Source: Guillardia theta CCMP2712
Taxonomy: Eukaryota; Protista; Cryptophyta
DNA length: 62,079 bases
Assembly (NCBI RefSeq): GCF_000315625.1
Contig: NW_005434516.1
Coordinates: forward strand, 23,918-85,996
Direction: 5' to 3'
The stretch's first letter is position 1, and each line of letters begins with the position of its first letter. The translations under genes were made by a program, and so were the position numbers. This document shows, one piece after another, positions 40,020 through 52,569 of the stretch. Under the pieces are notes generated by a model. The model was given only the letters and a program-made list of their open reading frames with translations. It ran no database searches and was not told the DNA's origin.

Positions 40020-40440
40020 TGAAGTTCGCGGCGCCGGCCGGGCCGGAGGCTCGGGCCTCCGAAGTTCGGAAGTTCCGCCGGGAGTCCCCGGCGGCGAGTC
40101 CGTAGAGCCTCAGGCCGGCCCTGAGCCTCCGAGCTCGCCCGGCCGCGAGGCTGGCGGGCGCCTTTCGACGGCCGCCCGGAGCCTGCCCGGCCCGGCCGGC
40201 GGCCCCGCCGGCGGTTGGGCGGGCCCCGGCCCGGGCCCGGCCGGCCCAGTGAGCCTGGTGCCCGGACACTGTACATGAACTTTTCTTGTGACTTCGCGGT
40301 TCAACGATCGGACGCCGGTTAGCCTGCGACAGGCCCGGCGGCCGGCTGAGTGGCGCGGCCTCAGGCCCTGAAGGTGGCAAGCTACTCCTCAACTCTGCTG
40401 ATTGTCCTCGTACTGGTTTTTAACTTCACTTTGAATAAAA
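40020..40440. promoter_or_regulatory. GC-rich island ending in a 36-bp element similar to 11475-11510
   Basis: 29/36 ungapped identity between 40405-40440 and 11475-11510. Confidence 0.5.
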
Positions 40441-40745
40441 AGGCTTAGGGTTTGGCACTTCGTACGGTACCGTAGCGCTACGAGTTGACTTGAAGTGATA
40501 CTGAAACTTTGGATGCTATGAAATTGAGATGATGAATGATGCCACCGTCACTGTCGTTGTGTCGGCCATTGCAGTACTTCGAGATGAATTTATCATGGTA
40601 AAATTACAACTTTCAAAGTTTGTAGTAGGCATGTGAAAATACAGAAGTTTGTCTGAGAAAAAATGTTTGAAAACGAAACTTGAAAACTTTCTCCAAAGTC
40701 AGGCTTCCAGCAACCGTTAAGGCTTTAGGAACTCGTACGAGTCTT

Positions 40746-41462
40746 CTAATGTGCAATCACAATAGTCTTCCTTTCCATCACGTCAGGGTGACCGCAGAAC
40801 GTGGGCAATGTCGGAGTCTCGCTAACAGAAGTCCTTGACTTCTCCAGGTAATACCCACATTTCTTGACGTGGATGTACAAGAACTTCAGGGGCTCAAGAA
40901 ACGTTGCGTCCAACCTTGTTGTTCCAGGAAGGATTCCAACGATCTTGTTTGCCTTGACACGCGTAGCTATTGACTTGAGGCGATCCGCTACTTGCTCGAA
41001 CAGCCCAGTGCTTGCCAGCCCCTTTCCAACGCACCATAGAATGTCATCGCTCATCTCGTCCACCCCGTCCTTATCGTTTTCTTTCTTTGCATCGATCGGC
41101 ATGTTCTTCCTCAGCAGGCATGTAATCACACATTTTAAGACGTCAGAGGCGTTGTTTATCTTCCTCTTCACCAACCCCTCGAGCAGCTTCAACACAATGA
41201 CCTGTGCATCTGCAGGCCCGTCTTGCTTCTTTGTGAACATCATGTTGTCGATTATTTTGCATTTCTCCTGATGATGAGGTTCCGAAACTTGGCAGATTCG
41301 CTCTATCGAAATCTTGTTTTCGTCTTCAAGATCCTCCTCTATGATTACAGACCGGCTGGTGGTAACTCCAGCAAAAGTTACTTTGTGGCTACTTTTCAAT
41401 TTCTTCTGGCATTTATTTAGTGTGTCATCTTCCAACTCACTTCGATTTCTTTTTCCGTTCAT
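40746..41462 (-). CDS. Intronless hypothetical protein of about 238 aa with NLS-like and RVxF motifs; paralog of 21888-22781
   Basis: Shared blocks KVTF/RVSF, KKQDGP/KQKDGP, VGILPGTTRLDATFLEPLKFL/VGLLPSQARLDKSFVAPLQFL. Confidence 0.7.
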   Translation of the reverse strand: MNGKRNRSELEDDTLNKCQKKLKSSHKVTFAGVTTSRSVIIEEDLEDENKISIERICQVSEPHHQEKCKIIDNMMFTKKQDGPADAQVIVLKLLEGLVKRKINNASDVLKCVITCLLRKNMPIDAKKENDKDGVDEMSDDILWCVGKGLASTGLFEQVADRLKSIATRVKANKIVGILPGTTRLDATFLEPLKFLYIHVKKCGYYLEKSRTSVSETPTLPTFCGHPDVMERKTIVIAH

Positions 41463-43119
41463 GGTTTGATCAGCACTGTTGTGCAAGCTTGTTCTTGATC
41501 CTCAGTCTAACCTGTTCTGAATGGTGTATAGTTGTCCGAGGAATGGCTGAGTTTTAGCAATGCGTGGGAAGGAATAGGGGAAGGGAAAACAAGAAAAGGA
41601 GGCAAAGGGGAAGAGAGTGTAGGAGGGAGGGGTATGGAACGACAGCAGGACAAGGAAGGGAGGAGGAGGAGGAGTTGTATTGAGGGACGGAAGGAATCGG
41701 GATAATCTTCACGTGATGACAGCAAGCGACGAAAGTTTGTCGGGGAAACGAAACCCCTTTGGGCAAGGGGTAACATGGTGGGGTGGGGGTACATTCTTGA
41801 TGGGAAAAGGAGGGGTAGTGAATGAACAGTTCGGGTGTGCAGAGACCAGGTGCAAACTGGATTAGGGGAAATCAACTTAAAGTTTTATGTACCGGTCCAT
41901 CTATGGATAGAATATCACCATTGAGCAGGTAGGGTAGTAAGATTCTCAACAGATGATTGATAAGAAGGATAGATGGTGGGGTGGTCAGTTGTGTAGCGAT
42001 CCTCTTCATGGGACGGGTAGTGCATAAGGGGGTGGGGGTGGGGCTTATAGGAAGATAGACTTCACTGTCTGTGCTAGTAATGCTGTCAGCACAAGAATTC
42101 CTGGCGCCAACCAGCAATAGAATAGTATTTGATGTAGTTAAAAGATTAAGAATATATTAACTGCAAGGAAAGATGAATTTAAAAGGGGAAAACCAGATGT
42201 CCAGGGGCCGTAGATTTCTAAGTCAAGATTTACAAGGCACCAAAGTCAAGTCCTTCCGATTAACAGCCCTCGATTAACTCAGGGTACCTGCACTCCTTGA
42301 GGGTGGTATCGCTGAAAAACGCTGGGTAGTCAAACAAGTGCTCTCGAAAGAGTTGGCAGGCTCAAGGTAGCGTTGGTGGAGTGACCAACCCTGGCGGAAC
42401 GTTTCAAGTCACAAGGGGACGGATGGGTTAAGGGGGTACCTGATAGTTAAAAGGAGGGGTGGGGGGTTTTCCGTCACCGGACGGAACTTGAGCTGACCGT
42501 GTGGGGGGAAATTGAATTACGAATACTAGGAGTGAACATTTTTACGGGGGGTGGGGTAGTTTCAGATATAGATTTCTTCGGAATCAGGGTGGGGTCAACG
42601 GTGAAGGACGGGGTACTAGAATGGATGAAAGGGGTGGGGCTCAAACCAATAGGAACGTCATTTGTTGCCAGATGGTCAACTTGATGACGTACGGAAAAGG
42701 ATTCTCTGAAATAGCGTCTTTTCGTTTTCGAGCTGTCATCATGATAGCAGGAGCTACCGATAAGGAAGTTGTCAGCCTGCTTCACACAGCGGCCAAGTCC
42801 CCGTTGTTTCTGAAAACACTTCTTTTCATATTATACTACCGGGAAATGAACTCCGTGATGTGACACCGCCGCTGCTCGCGTCACGGAGCTCCTTCTCAGT
42901 CCCCCACGAGTTCGGCATCCGGCCCGGCGCCAGGCCCCGGTCCAGGCCCCGCCGGGCCCCGGGGCCGGCAGAACTTCGTGGTGACACTTTAACCGTCATT
43001 AGGATATCCGTTACGTATCAAAATAGATCAGACTCGAAGGTTCGGGCGATGTTCGCTGCTGCGGTGGCAGTCCTAGGCGACAGCGTAAGGCACACGCCAG
43101 GAAGGTGAGGAAGCATAGA

Positions 43120-43234
43120 AGGGAGGAGGATGAGAACGAGGAGAAGAAGAAGGAGGAGAAGGAGGAGGAAGAGACAAAGTCCGAGGAGGAGGAAGAGGAG
43201 GAGGAGGATGAGATGGTGATGGTGGTGATGATAC

Positions 43235-43270
<36 letters not shown>

Positions 43271-43510
43271 GGAGGAGGAGGAGGAGGAGGAGGAGGAGGA
43301 GGAAGAGGAGGAGGAAGAGGAGGAGGAAGAGGAGGAGGAAGAGGATTACGACGACGACGACGATGATGACGATGACGATGACGATGACGATGGTGGTGGT
43401 GATGGGAATGATGATGATGATGATGGTGATGGTGATGATGATGATGATGATGATGATAACGATGATGGGGTTGATGATGGTGATGGTTGGTGATGGTGAT
43501 GATGGTGTCG
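43120..43510. repeat. (GAG)n/(GAT)n/(GAC)n low-complexity tract
   Basis: Seen directly. Confidence 0.9.
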
Positions 43511-44604
43511 ATTATGAGGTGGCAGAGGGACGACAGGATGAGGATGAGATCTTACGAAAGTGAAAGATAACGTTGGAGTAGATAATGATGAAAAGGGTGG
43601 TGATGGTGATGGTGATGATGATAACGTTCATGATGAAAACATGAATGACAGTGAATATTGAGACAATCAGGGTGGTTATTTGGTGTAGAAGCAACAATGA
43701 TGATGTGGTAGATGCGAATTGATGCACGACCAATAACATTGACAGTGGTGGGGTCATAGGCAGAGGCAGGGGCAGGTGCAGGGGGAGCTTGACAACGAGG
43801 GAAGGAGAAAGGGAGAGAGGGCGCGCTTAAACAGTCAGGCAGGGCTCAAAACAGCAAGCTGATACCCCTTCCTCAGACCTCAGGCTCTTTCCGAGGTTCC
43901 CGGCTGCCCCATGTGCTCAGTGCCTGTCCCCCCCGCTGTTCATGCCGAATGGAAGCAATCGTTGCATGTCCGATGGGACATGCACGCGTCCAACCACGGG
44001 ATGAGGTATTTCCCTCTTCCTTCCTTGATTCCTGCCCTCTGCCCCTGCGGGGAGTTCTTGCTGATCTCCTCTCCTGTTCCTGTCCCTGCCCCTCTCCCTT
44101 CCCATGTATTCCTGTTCCTCCTCCTTCCCTGTTCTTGATAACGTTTCTTACTCCCATCTGCTCCTGCTGTTATGTTTTCCTCTTCCCTGCCACTCTCGCT
44201 GAATATCTTACTGCCCGTCCGCATCCTCTGCTGCTCCTCCGCCTGCCGCCTCACCGCGCGACTCGCAGCATGCCGTCGGACAGCAGCAGCTTCACCGGTC
44301 TCCACTCTCAGATCTACTCCAGTGCGACTTGTTCCTGTCCTCGTGTGCGCGACTCGCTGAGCTGACTGGCAGGAGTGAAGGGAGATAGCATCGACTGCAT
44401 GTCTCACCCTGGAGGATTCGGCTGCCCTGGCCCTCACTAATGTTGCTTGGAGGAAAGGGAGGGAGAGAGAGGGGAGACAAGGAGGAGGAGGGTGTAGGAA
44501 GAGCGAAAGGTGGCAGGGGGAGGACAATATCTAGAGATTTATTCCTTAACTTGATATGTTTGCGTGCAAGAGCAGGAAATCAGGCGCTTACAGCAGCTCT
44601 CCTT

Positions 44605-47600
44605 TCACTCGTCCTCATCGTCATCATCATCGTCATCAACATCCTCGTCCTCGTCAGCCTCCTCCTGGCTCTTGGTGGCCGGCTTAATTCCGGAGTGAGG
44701 ATCAGGTTGGGTCTCTGCCTCCTCCTCCTTCTTGGAGGAGTCCTGCGCCTTCTCCTCCTGCGACTCTGCCATCTTCGCATCCTCAGCAACTTTTGTTGCC
44801 GACTGCTTCAGTTCCTCGGAGTTCGGTACAGCAGCAGCATCCTCTCCTTCCACAGCGGACGATTCCTGTTCCTTGTTCGGCTTCACGCTGGCCTGCGTCT
44901 TCGCCTCTTTCTCTTCATCCTCGTCTCCTTCATCGATCTCGAGGCCTCCCTCATCCGAGTCCTCGCTCGCATGATCAGCAGCTGCTTCTGCCTTGGGTTC
45001 CTCGCTCTCCGACTTCTTCCTCTTCTCCTTGGAGCCCTCTTGGCTGCGCTCAGCCTCGTCCGATGACATCTTCCTCTTCCCGCTCGAGGGCTCGTTCGCT
45101 CGATCCTGGTCGGCCCCACCAACGGCGGCAGCGTCACTCGCGTCGCCACCTGCAGCCTCGGGCTTCTCCTTCTTGACCTTGTCACCGGGATATTCCTTCT
45201 GCGACCTGGTAAGCACAAGTAGCGGGGGAGAGAGGAGCAAGGACGGGGCGAGGGAGGAGGTGCTAGTGGAGCTTTCAGGTGGAAGGGTAGAGGAGGGAGG
45301 AGGAGCTAGTGGAGCTTTCAGGTGGAAGGATAAAGGAGGGAGGAGGAGCTAGTGGAGCTTTCAGGTGGAAGGGTAGAGGAGGGAGGAGGAGGACAAGGGC
45401 GGGTACCTCAACAAGGTCGATGAGCGCAGACATGGCGCCCGAGCGATCTTCTCCCTCCTGCTTCACCTTGCCAGGAGCTTCTTCTCCCTCCCTTGGCTTC
45501 TTCGCCCCCGCGTCTTCACCTTTCACCACGGGGGTCGCGAAGGCCTGCGGGATGGGGTTGGTCTCCTCTGTCCTTGGGCGGTTGCCGGAGGGGGCCGACA
45601 GCTGCTCTAGCAGCATCGCGTAGTTCCTCCTCGCCTGCTGCGTCCTCGGGTGCAGCTTCCCCTGCACCTCCTCGCGTATCTGGACCTCCTTCTTCGACCA
45701 CTCGATCGCTGCTTCGGGCCCGCGCAGCTTGTTGCTCACGGTGCCGAGCATAGTGATGGCCTTGACAGTCTCCAGCGAAGTCTCTCCGAGGCGGGATTTC
45801 CAGTCGTCGTAGACCTCCTGGAACAGCTGGAGCGCCTCTGCGTACAGCCCTTGCGCCGCCGCTTCCTTGTTGGGCGTCCCCTTGTACAGGTGGCCTGGAG
45901 GGGGAGCATGACAGAGTCAGCCATGGAGCGTGAGAGGGGAAAAGGTGAGGGAGGGCGAAGCAGCAGGGGAAGTCAGAGGAGACAGGGAGGTCGCTGCTGA
46001 GAAGCAGGAAGAGGAAGACGTGGTGATGGTGGCAGCGATGCTGCAAGAGGGAGGAGGAGGAGGAGGAGGAGGAGGAGGAGGAGGAGGAGGAGGAGGCCTG
46101 ACCTGCCGCGAGCGCTTCTGCCATGCAGAAAGTGAGCACACCGCGGGCGAACTGAACCTCCGCGATCTTCGCCGCAGCTGCCTTGATTGACTTGCGGACG
46201 GACAAGCACTTGTCAAGAGCCTCGCGTGCAGTGGCGCAAGACATCTCGGCTGAGCAACGCTCCGTTCCTCCCAGCCTGCAGAGCGTCGAGTAGTTGAGGC
46301 CCTTCCAGTAGAGAGCCTGCAGCCGAGTGAGCGAGAGCAGAGCAGCGGTCAAGAATGATAGTCAAAGTCGCTAGTCAAAGTCGCTAGTCAAAGTGTACCT
46401 GGCTGAATTTCTCCTGCGTCGGGATGTCGTTGGACATGTCGATGCCCTCATACAGCTGTGCTGCCTCTGAGGCGTACTCGGCCGAGCGCGCCATGGTGTC
46501 AATGGAGTAGGCCGGGTCAGAGGCGCTCCACTTGTTGAGCAGCTCAGCACAGTAGAGCGAGACCTGCTGGGGATGAGCTGGAGAAGGGGATGGGTCACGG
46601 CACTCACCTCGGCACAGAAGTGCTTGTTGCCTCCCTTGATCGCTAGGATACGAGCGCGATCGAAGAGGATGTCTGCCTCCCTGAACTGCCCGGAGTCTCC
46701 GAGGAAGCGCGCGATGATGATGCAGGACTTGATCACTCCCGTGGGCTCGTCGGAGTTCTTCTCCGCCTGGTCAGGCTTGAGCGCCTCCCGTGCGAAGCCC
46801 TAAAAGGAGCAGGTGAGGGCGAAAAGCGAAGGTAGAAGGGAGCAGCAGGAGAAGACTGAGGAAGAGAGAGGAGGGGAAGACGACAAGGAAGCAGGTCAAG
46901 AAAATCCCTTCCCTTCCAAGAGAACAGCAGGCTCGGCCTCACCTCCTCGAGGCTCGCAAGGGAGCGAGAGAGGTACATCCTGAGCTTCGCCCAGTCACCT
47001 CCCAGCTCCTGCGCGAACACCTGGCCGGCCTTGGAGCCCATGTGCTGCGCGAGCCTCGACTGAACCTGAGCTCTGTGCTCGCTGGAGAGGATGTAGCGCC
47101 TCTCGACTGCAAGACGCAGCGCAGTCTGAGCGAAGGACAGGAGGTTCTTCGAGGTGCAGCCGAGGGTCTCTTGCAGGGCCGTCCAGATGCGCTTCCACGC
47201 CTCACTCAGGCCCCTCTCCTTCACCCGCAGGATGGACTTAAGGTCGCTCTGTGAGATGTCCTGCGCCACCGAAAGGATGCTCAGAGTCTCCTGGACGAGG
47301 TTCAAACTCGCTCCTCCTCCCAGCAGATGCTCCCAGTCCTGCAGCATGCCGGTGTAGAGCGTCTCCTGCATCAGGACGAGGACGATGTACTTTAGGTCCT
47401 TGTCGGTGATGGCCAGGGTTCTCGACTCAGAGGAAGCGGAGGGAAGGAATTCAGAGGAGGGGAGCTGGAATGGAAGCCCCTTGCTGCCAAACGCACTGAG
47501 GAACGTGTTGTTCTCTGCCAGCACCTGCTCACAATCATCAGCTCGGAGACCAACGTCTCTCTTTCGGCACCTTCTTATCGCCTGCTCCCGGCTTAAGCGA

Positions 47601-50600
47601 GGCAGGACGAGGAGTCTTCTTGATGCCGGAGAAGTCACCCCCAGAGATCCACTTCATGTCTGACTCGTCCTGGTCCTTGTCCATGGCAGAGGCAGCGCGC
47701 TTCGAGCCCGGCCCACCGCCCTCCAGCGGCTTCTTCTTCTGCTGCTTCAGAAACTCGGTAGCTTCTTCAAGCATCTGCAGCAGCGCCAGTCACCTCCCTT
47801 CCTTCATCTGTCTACGACGTACCGCACTCATCGAACCAAGGGCTCCTTCATCGACCATGGAGGGCTTTGACTTGTCTTCGCCTTCCATCCCCTCCTTCTT
47901 GCGCACAAGCTTCTTCATGGGGTCAGAAGGAAGCATACTCTTCCCCGCCAGATCCTCCTGCTTGATTTTCTTGGCTCTCATGTCATCCTGAAACCGCTAC
48001 GTCACATTATAGGCATTGAGAACCCAAACACAACGGCTGCAGCACACCCTCTGAAACAAGACATCTACAACACAAACTCCAATGGCAAGCACCTGCTCGG
48101 GTCTTCGGGCTTGAGCGAGCATGGGAGACGCTCCGCCGTGACTCTGGTGCAGCTGCTGCATTGCTTGCGAGACTTGTTGGAGCCCTCCCTGAGCCTGAGA
48201 GCTCATGGCAAGCGACGGCTGCGCGACAAGGTTGTTTGCTCCTACATTGGAGGAAGGTTGTGAGTTGCCGTGAGCAAGATGTTGTTGTTGCTGCTGCTGC
48301 TGCTGCTGGGCTTGCTGGAGGAGCTGCTGGAGTTGTTGCTGGAAGCAAATGAGACGAGAAGAGGGGAGACGTCAGAAATTGAACCTGCTGCTGAAGTTGC
48401 TGCTGAAGTTGCTGCTGATGGAGAAGCTGGATCTGCTGAATCTGGTCTTGTGTGATGCCAGGGATCTTTTCACCAGTTGTCAGTGCAAGCTCTCATCGAA
48501 GTAACGACAGCGGAACCTGCATGGCCTGGAGTAGCTGCAGCTGCTGCTGCTGCTGCAACGACTGCGCCTGCGGCGATGTGAGCAGCGGGAGGGAAAGGAG
48601 AAGACTTGACTTGCACCTGCTGCTGGACTGAAGCAAGGGCCTGGAGGATCTGGCCAGTCTCAATTCCACCCAGCTGCATGTTTCTCTGATCAGCCTAGGC
48701 AAGAGTGTGAGCGGACCTGCAAGGATAATGGAGGGGAGACTTTACCTGTTGCTGGAAGAGCTGCTGCTGCTGCTGCTGCTGCAGGAGCTGGAACCATGTC
48801 ACCCGTTCTAGCTGATCACAGTGTTGAATAGTCACCTGTTGCTGTTGCTGCTGAAGCTGCTGCTGCTGCGTCAAGCCTGCCAAACCACCCTGCCCATCCC
48901 CGATTAGCATTTGTAGGTCGAGAATGATGAAAAAGATTTTCAAAAATCAAGTTTTGGCTTGAAATTAACAGAAATGATTCAGCAAGAGAACATGAAACAA
49001 CGGAATTCCGCTACACACATGGAAGATCATGCCCAATGCCTCTTCTCTTTTACCTGCTGCTGCAGATGCTGCTGGAGCTGCTGGAGCTGCTGGAGCTGCT
49101 GGAAGTTTGCAGCTCCACCGGACACGTCAGCCCCTCCGAGCTACATGATCCAGTGAGAGGACGCAAGATGGGCAGCATCTGAACAAACCTCAGCCTGCTG
49201 CTGCAACAGCTGCTGCAGGTGTGACTGGAGCTGGTCAACGCCAACTGTGAGCTCAACGTAACGGGCAAATCAGACAGCTCACCTGCCCCTGGGAGACTTG
49301 CATCCCTGACTGCTGGTTCCGGTACTGATCAGCCCATTGCTGTAACTGGCGTGGCGTCAGAGCCCCCAACCATCCCTACTGTCATGGCTCAGACCTGCTG
49401 GAGCTGCTGGAGCTGCTGGGCCTGCGCCATGCCACTGGACTGTTCTTGCATCTGTACAGATAGTCACATCCAGCACCCAAGGGAGCAGAATGTGTGCCTG
49501 TAGAAGCTGCTGAGCCTGCACCAGGTAAGCGGGATTGACACGCAAGCGACAGATGTACCTGCTGCTGAAGAAGCTGGAGCTGTTGAGCCGACGCTCCCAT
49601 TTCAGCCTAAGCAATGTCAAGACGCCAGCAGCGTCGTTGCGCAGCATCCACCTGCTGCTGGAGCTGGGACTGCAGCTGCAGCTGGAGTTGGAGCTGAGGA
49701 GGTGGTCACAACGGTCATCATAGGCATAAGCCACGTACCTGCTGGTTGGTGGCATTGTCGTTCTGCAACTTCAGTTGCATCTGCAACGGATTCAAGTGCT
49801 GCTGCTGGCCAGCTGAGGAGAGCATAAGTGGATGAACCAGAAGCGCTAAGCTAAGGCACACCTGGACTCTCCTGGAGCTGTTGGTGGAGTTGCTGATGCA
49901 GCTGTCGCACACGTGAGACAAAGATTCCGAGTCTGTCATCCTTTCACCTGTTGTTGGAGTTGACCCTGAAGCTGCTGCTGCAAGAGAGCGAATTGCTCCT
50001 GAACACCAGTTCCTTGAAGCTGAGAGGAACAAGACACAAGTCAACAACGTAGCAAACCAAGTATTGAAAATCAATGAGACAGTTAGACTAAGGTGACGAG
50101 CATCGATTCTTGGCATAATTTATTTGCACCTGTTGAAGTTGCTGCAGCAGCTGTTGCTGCTGCTCCAATCCATGACCATCGTTGCCTTGTCCTTGCCCAG
50201 ACATCTGCCGGTTGTTACGATATAGGGCAACACAGGGCTTGCAAACCTGTGTTTGCATCTGCTGCTGGAATTGCTGCTGGAGCTGCTGCTGGAGCTGCAC
50301 TCGACCGTCAGAGAGGGAAGCCAGCTAATGAGAGATTGACAACCTGCTGCAAGCCTACTGAATCGCCCCCCTTCTCCTGCTACATCGGCACAATGAGTGA
50401 TTCAAATTCGTGGTGTCCTCATGTGCAGTCCAAAAAAGGATTTGGCAGTGGTGTGCAAAGCGCTGACAAAAATTTCAATAATCACCTGCTGCTGAAGCAA
50501 CAAAAGTTGCTGATGTTGTTGGAGCTGCTGTTGGAGCTGTTGGAGCTGTTGAACAGCCGAGTTGTCTACATAGAAGCAGTTATGATCGTCTTCTGGGTCA

Positions 50601-50717
50601 GGTTTGCATCACCTCCCATCAACCCTTGTTGTTGCAACTGTTGTTGAACAAGCTGCATCTGTATTTACCTTAACGAAAGCAATCATCAACATTCATCTGT
50701 CAACCTGAAGTTGAAGT

Positions 50718-50749
<32 letters not shown>

Positions 50750-51106
50750 CTGTTGCTGCTGTTGCTGCTGCAGTTGTGGCTGTTGCTGCTGTGGCTGCTG
50801 CTGCTGTGGCTGCTGCTGCTGTGGCTGCTGTTGCTGTGGCTGCTGTTGCTTCTGCTGCTGCATGCCGCCGTCTGAAGCTTGATCAGTTCCTGACACGTGA
50901 ATGAGATCGACCTTGTCTAATGCACACTGCCATACCTGGAGAGGACGGAACTTTCTGCGGCTGTAAGATGAAAACAGAGTTAAACCACTTTCACATTGAA
51001 TGCAGTCTATCATTACAATCTTGATATCAGCAAAAGCATCTTTCGGGGGCTTGTTGGGTGCTGGGGTTGGCTGACCGGAAAAAATCAACCAATATCATAC
51101 ATACAT

Positions 51107-51193
<87 letters not shown>

Positions 51194-51330
51194 AATTGTT
51201 TTTAGAAAAAAAACAGAAGGAAGAACACAAACAAGTAGAAAAAGAACAAGGACAAGAACAAGGGACAGGAACAGGAACAGGAACAGGAACAGGAACAATG
51301 ACAGGGACAAGAACAGGGACAGGGACAAGA

Positions 51331-51363
<33 letters not shown>

Positions 51364-52569
51364 AAGAACAGGAACAAGCAGAAAACATACAGCGTGTGTT
51401 ACCGTTTTGGGTTTCGCTGCTTGTTGAACTGGAGGCTTTCCTGCATTGTCTTTTGGCGCTGTCTTGTTCTGAAGAGAAAGCAAGAAAGAACGTTAGGAGC
51501 AGAGACAAGTATCAGCCATGATGAAACAGGATAAAAATTGCAATCACAAGAGGAGAAAAATTGCAATCACAAGGAATTGCATATGTTTGGCTTGAAAATG
51601 GTAGGTGTAAATCACCGGATCTTGTTGCTGTTGCTGCTGTTGCTGCTGTTGCTGACCTCCGACACCATTCATGTTGGCATTCCGTCCTGTATGGGTATCA
51701 CACAATGTTGTTGCCACCTCGTGCCAGCACCTGAGACAGCTGCAGCATACAAGGCGTTCGCATCGAGAGATACGGGTTGCGAGAGGGACTGCGCCTGCTG
51801 GGGAATGTCAAGAATACGAGGATGGTCACTCCACCGCTTCCTGACCTGCATGCTAGTCTGCAGCCCTTGTAATCCTATACATCAGATAAGACATCAACCA
51901 TGCGTGCCTTTAGCTGACTCACCCGTGCTGAAGGCACCCGACATAGCCCTATCGTCACCCGAGCAGCAGAAGCAAAGTCAGCGAGGCCGGCCAAGAAAAG
52001 ACCAAACAAGGGGGAAAGAACAAGGATCAAGAAGAAACCAGAATGCAACAACAGAATTTCAAACATGCGAGAAATCAGAACAACAGATGAGGACATGTAA
52101 ACTTACAGATTTATCCCTCCCGAGCCAAGCAAGGAGGCAAGGTCGTTGGGGTTGAGCTGCCTCAATTGAGACATCTGCTCACATTTCAGGAGAAGGAGCA
52201 AGAGGCGCAAGCGCGAGCTAGCATACTTACCATATCGGATGCATCTTGGCCCTGCTGTTGTTGCAGCAGCTGCTGCTGCTGCTGCCCAACCTGTTGCATC
52301 TGCGGCTGGGCCTGTTGCTGAGAGTTCGGGTTCGAGGGCGAAGCCGCGCTCTGGAAGAGCTGTTGCTGGAAAGGAGAAGCATTCTGCATGCCGACGTTTG
52401 AAGACAACCCGGCTGAGAATGGCGTGTTGAAGCCGCCCATAATGCCCCCAGCAAGGCTTGTGCTTGCATATGGTGACCCACCGCCCAATGTCGATTGATT
52501 CATTGCCATGGAGGGGTTTCCTGCGCCTGCTTGCGCTGCAGCAAGCTGCCTAGCCCAAGACTGGTCCAT
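44605..52569 (-). CDS. Very large multi-exon protein: polyQ/G/M-rich N-terminus, NPHP3-like winged-helix and TPR region, acidic tail
   Basis: Many Q-rich mini-exons from MDQSWARQ; LLSFAQTALRLAVERRYI; TPRs ARFLGDSGQFREADILFDRA and EVQIREEVQGKLHPRTQQARRNYAMLL; E/D/K-rich final exon. Confidence 0.6.
45262..45390. repeat. 43-bp tandem repeat, 3 copies, intronic
   Basis: GCTAGTGGAGCTTTCAGGTGGAAGG restarts at 45262, 45305 and 45348. Confidence 0.9.
51097..51376. repeat. (CATA)n(CA)n plus (GGAACA/GGGACA)n microsatellites, intronic
   Basis: Seen directly. Confidence 0.93.

Noticed and set aside
39823-40392. Pro/Arg/Gly-rich ORFs in GC islands (also 35261-35572 and 54715-55036)
   Set aside because: Expected by chance at very high GC; no codon or domain signal
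43105-43563. Poly-E/M/R ORF and similar ORFs at 1909-2308, 3402-4028 and 60988-62015
   Set aside because: Trinucleotide and hexanucleotide low-complexity tracts
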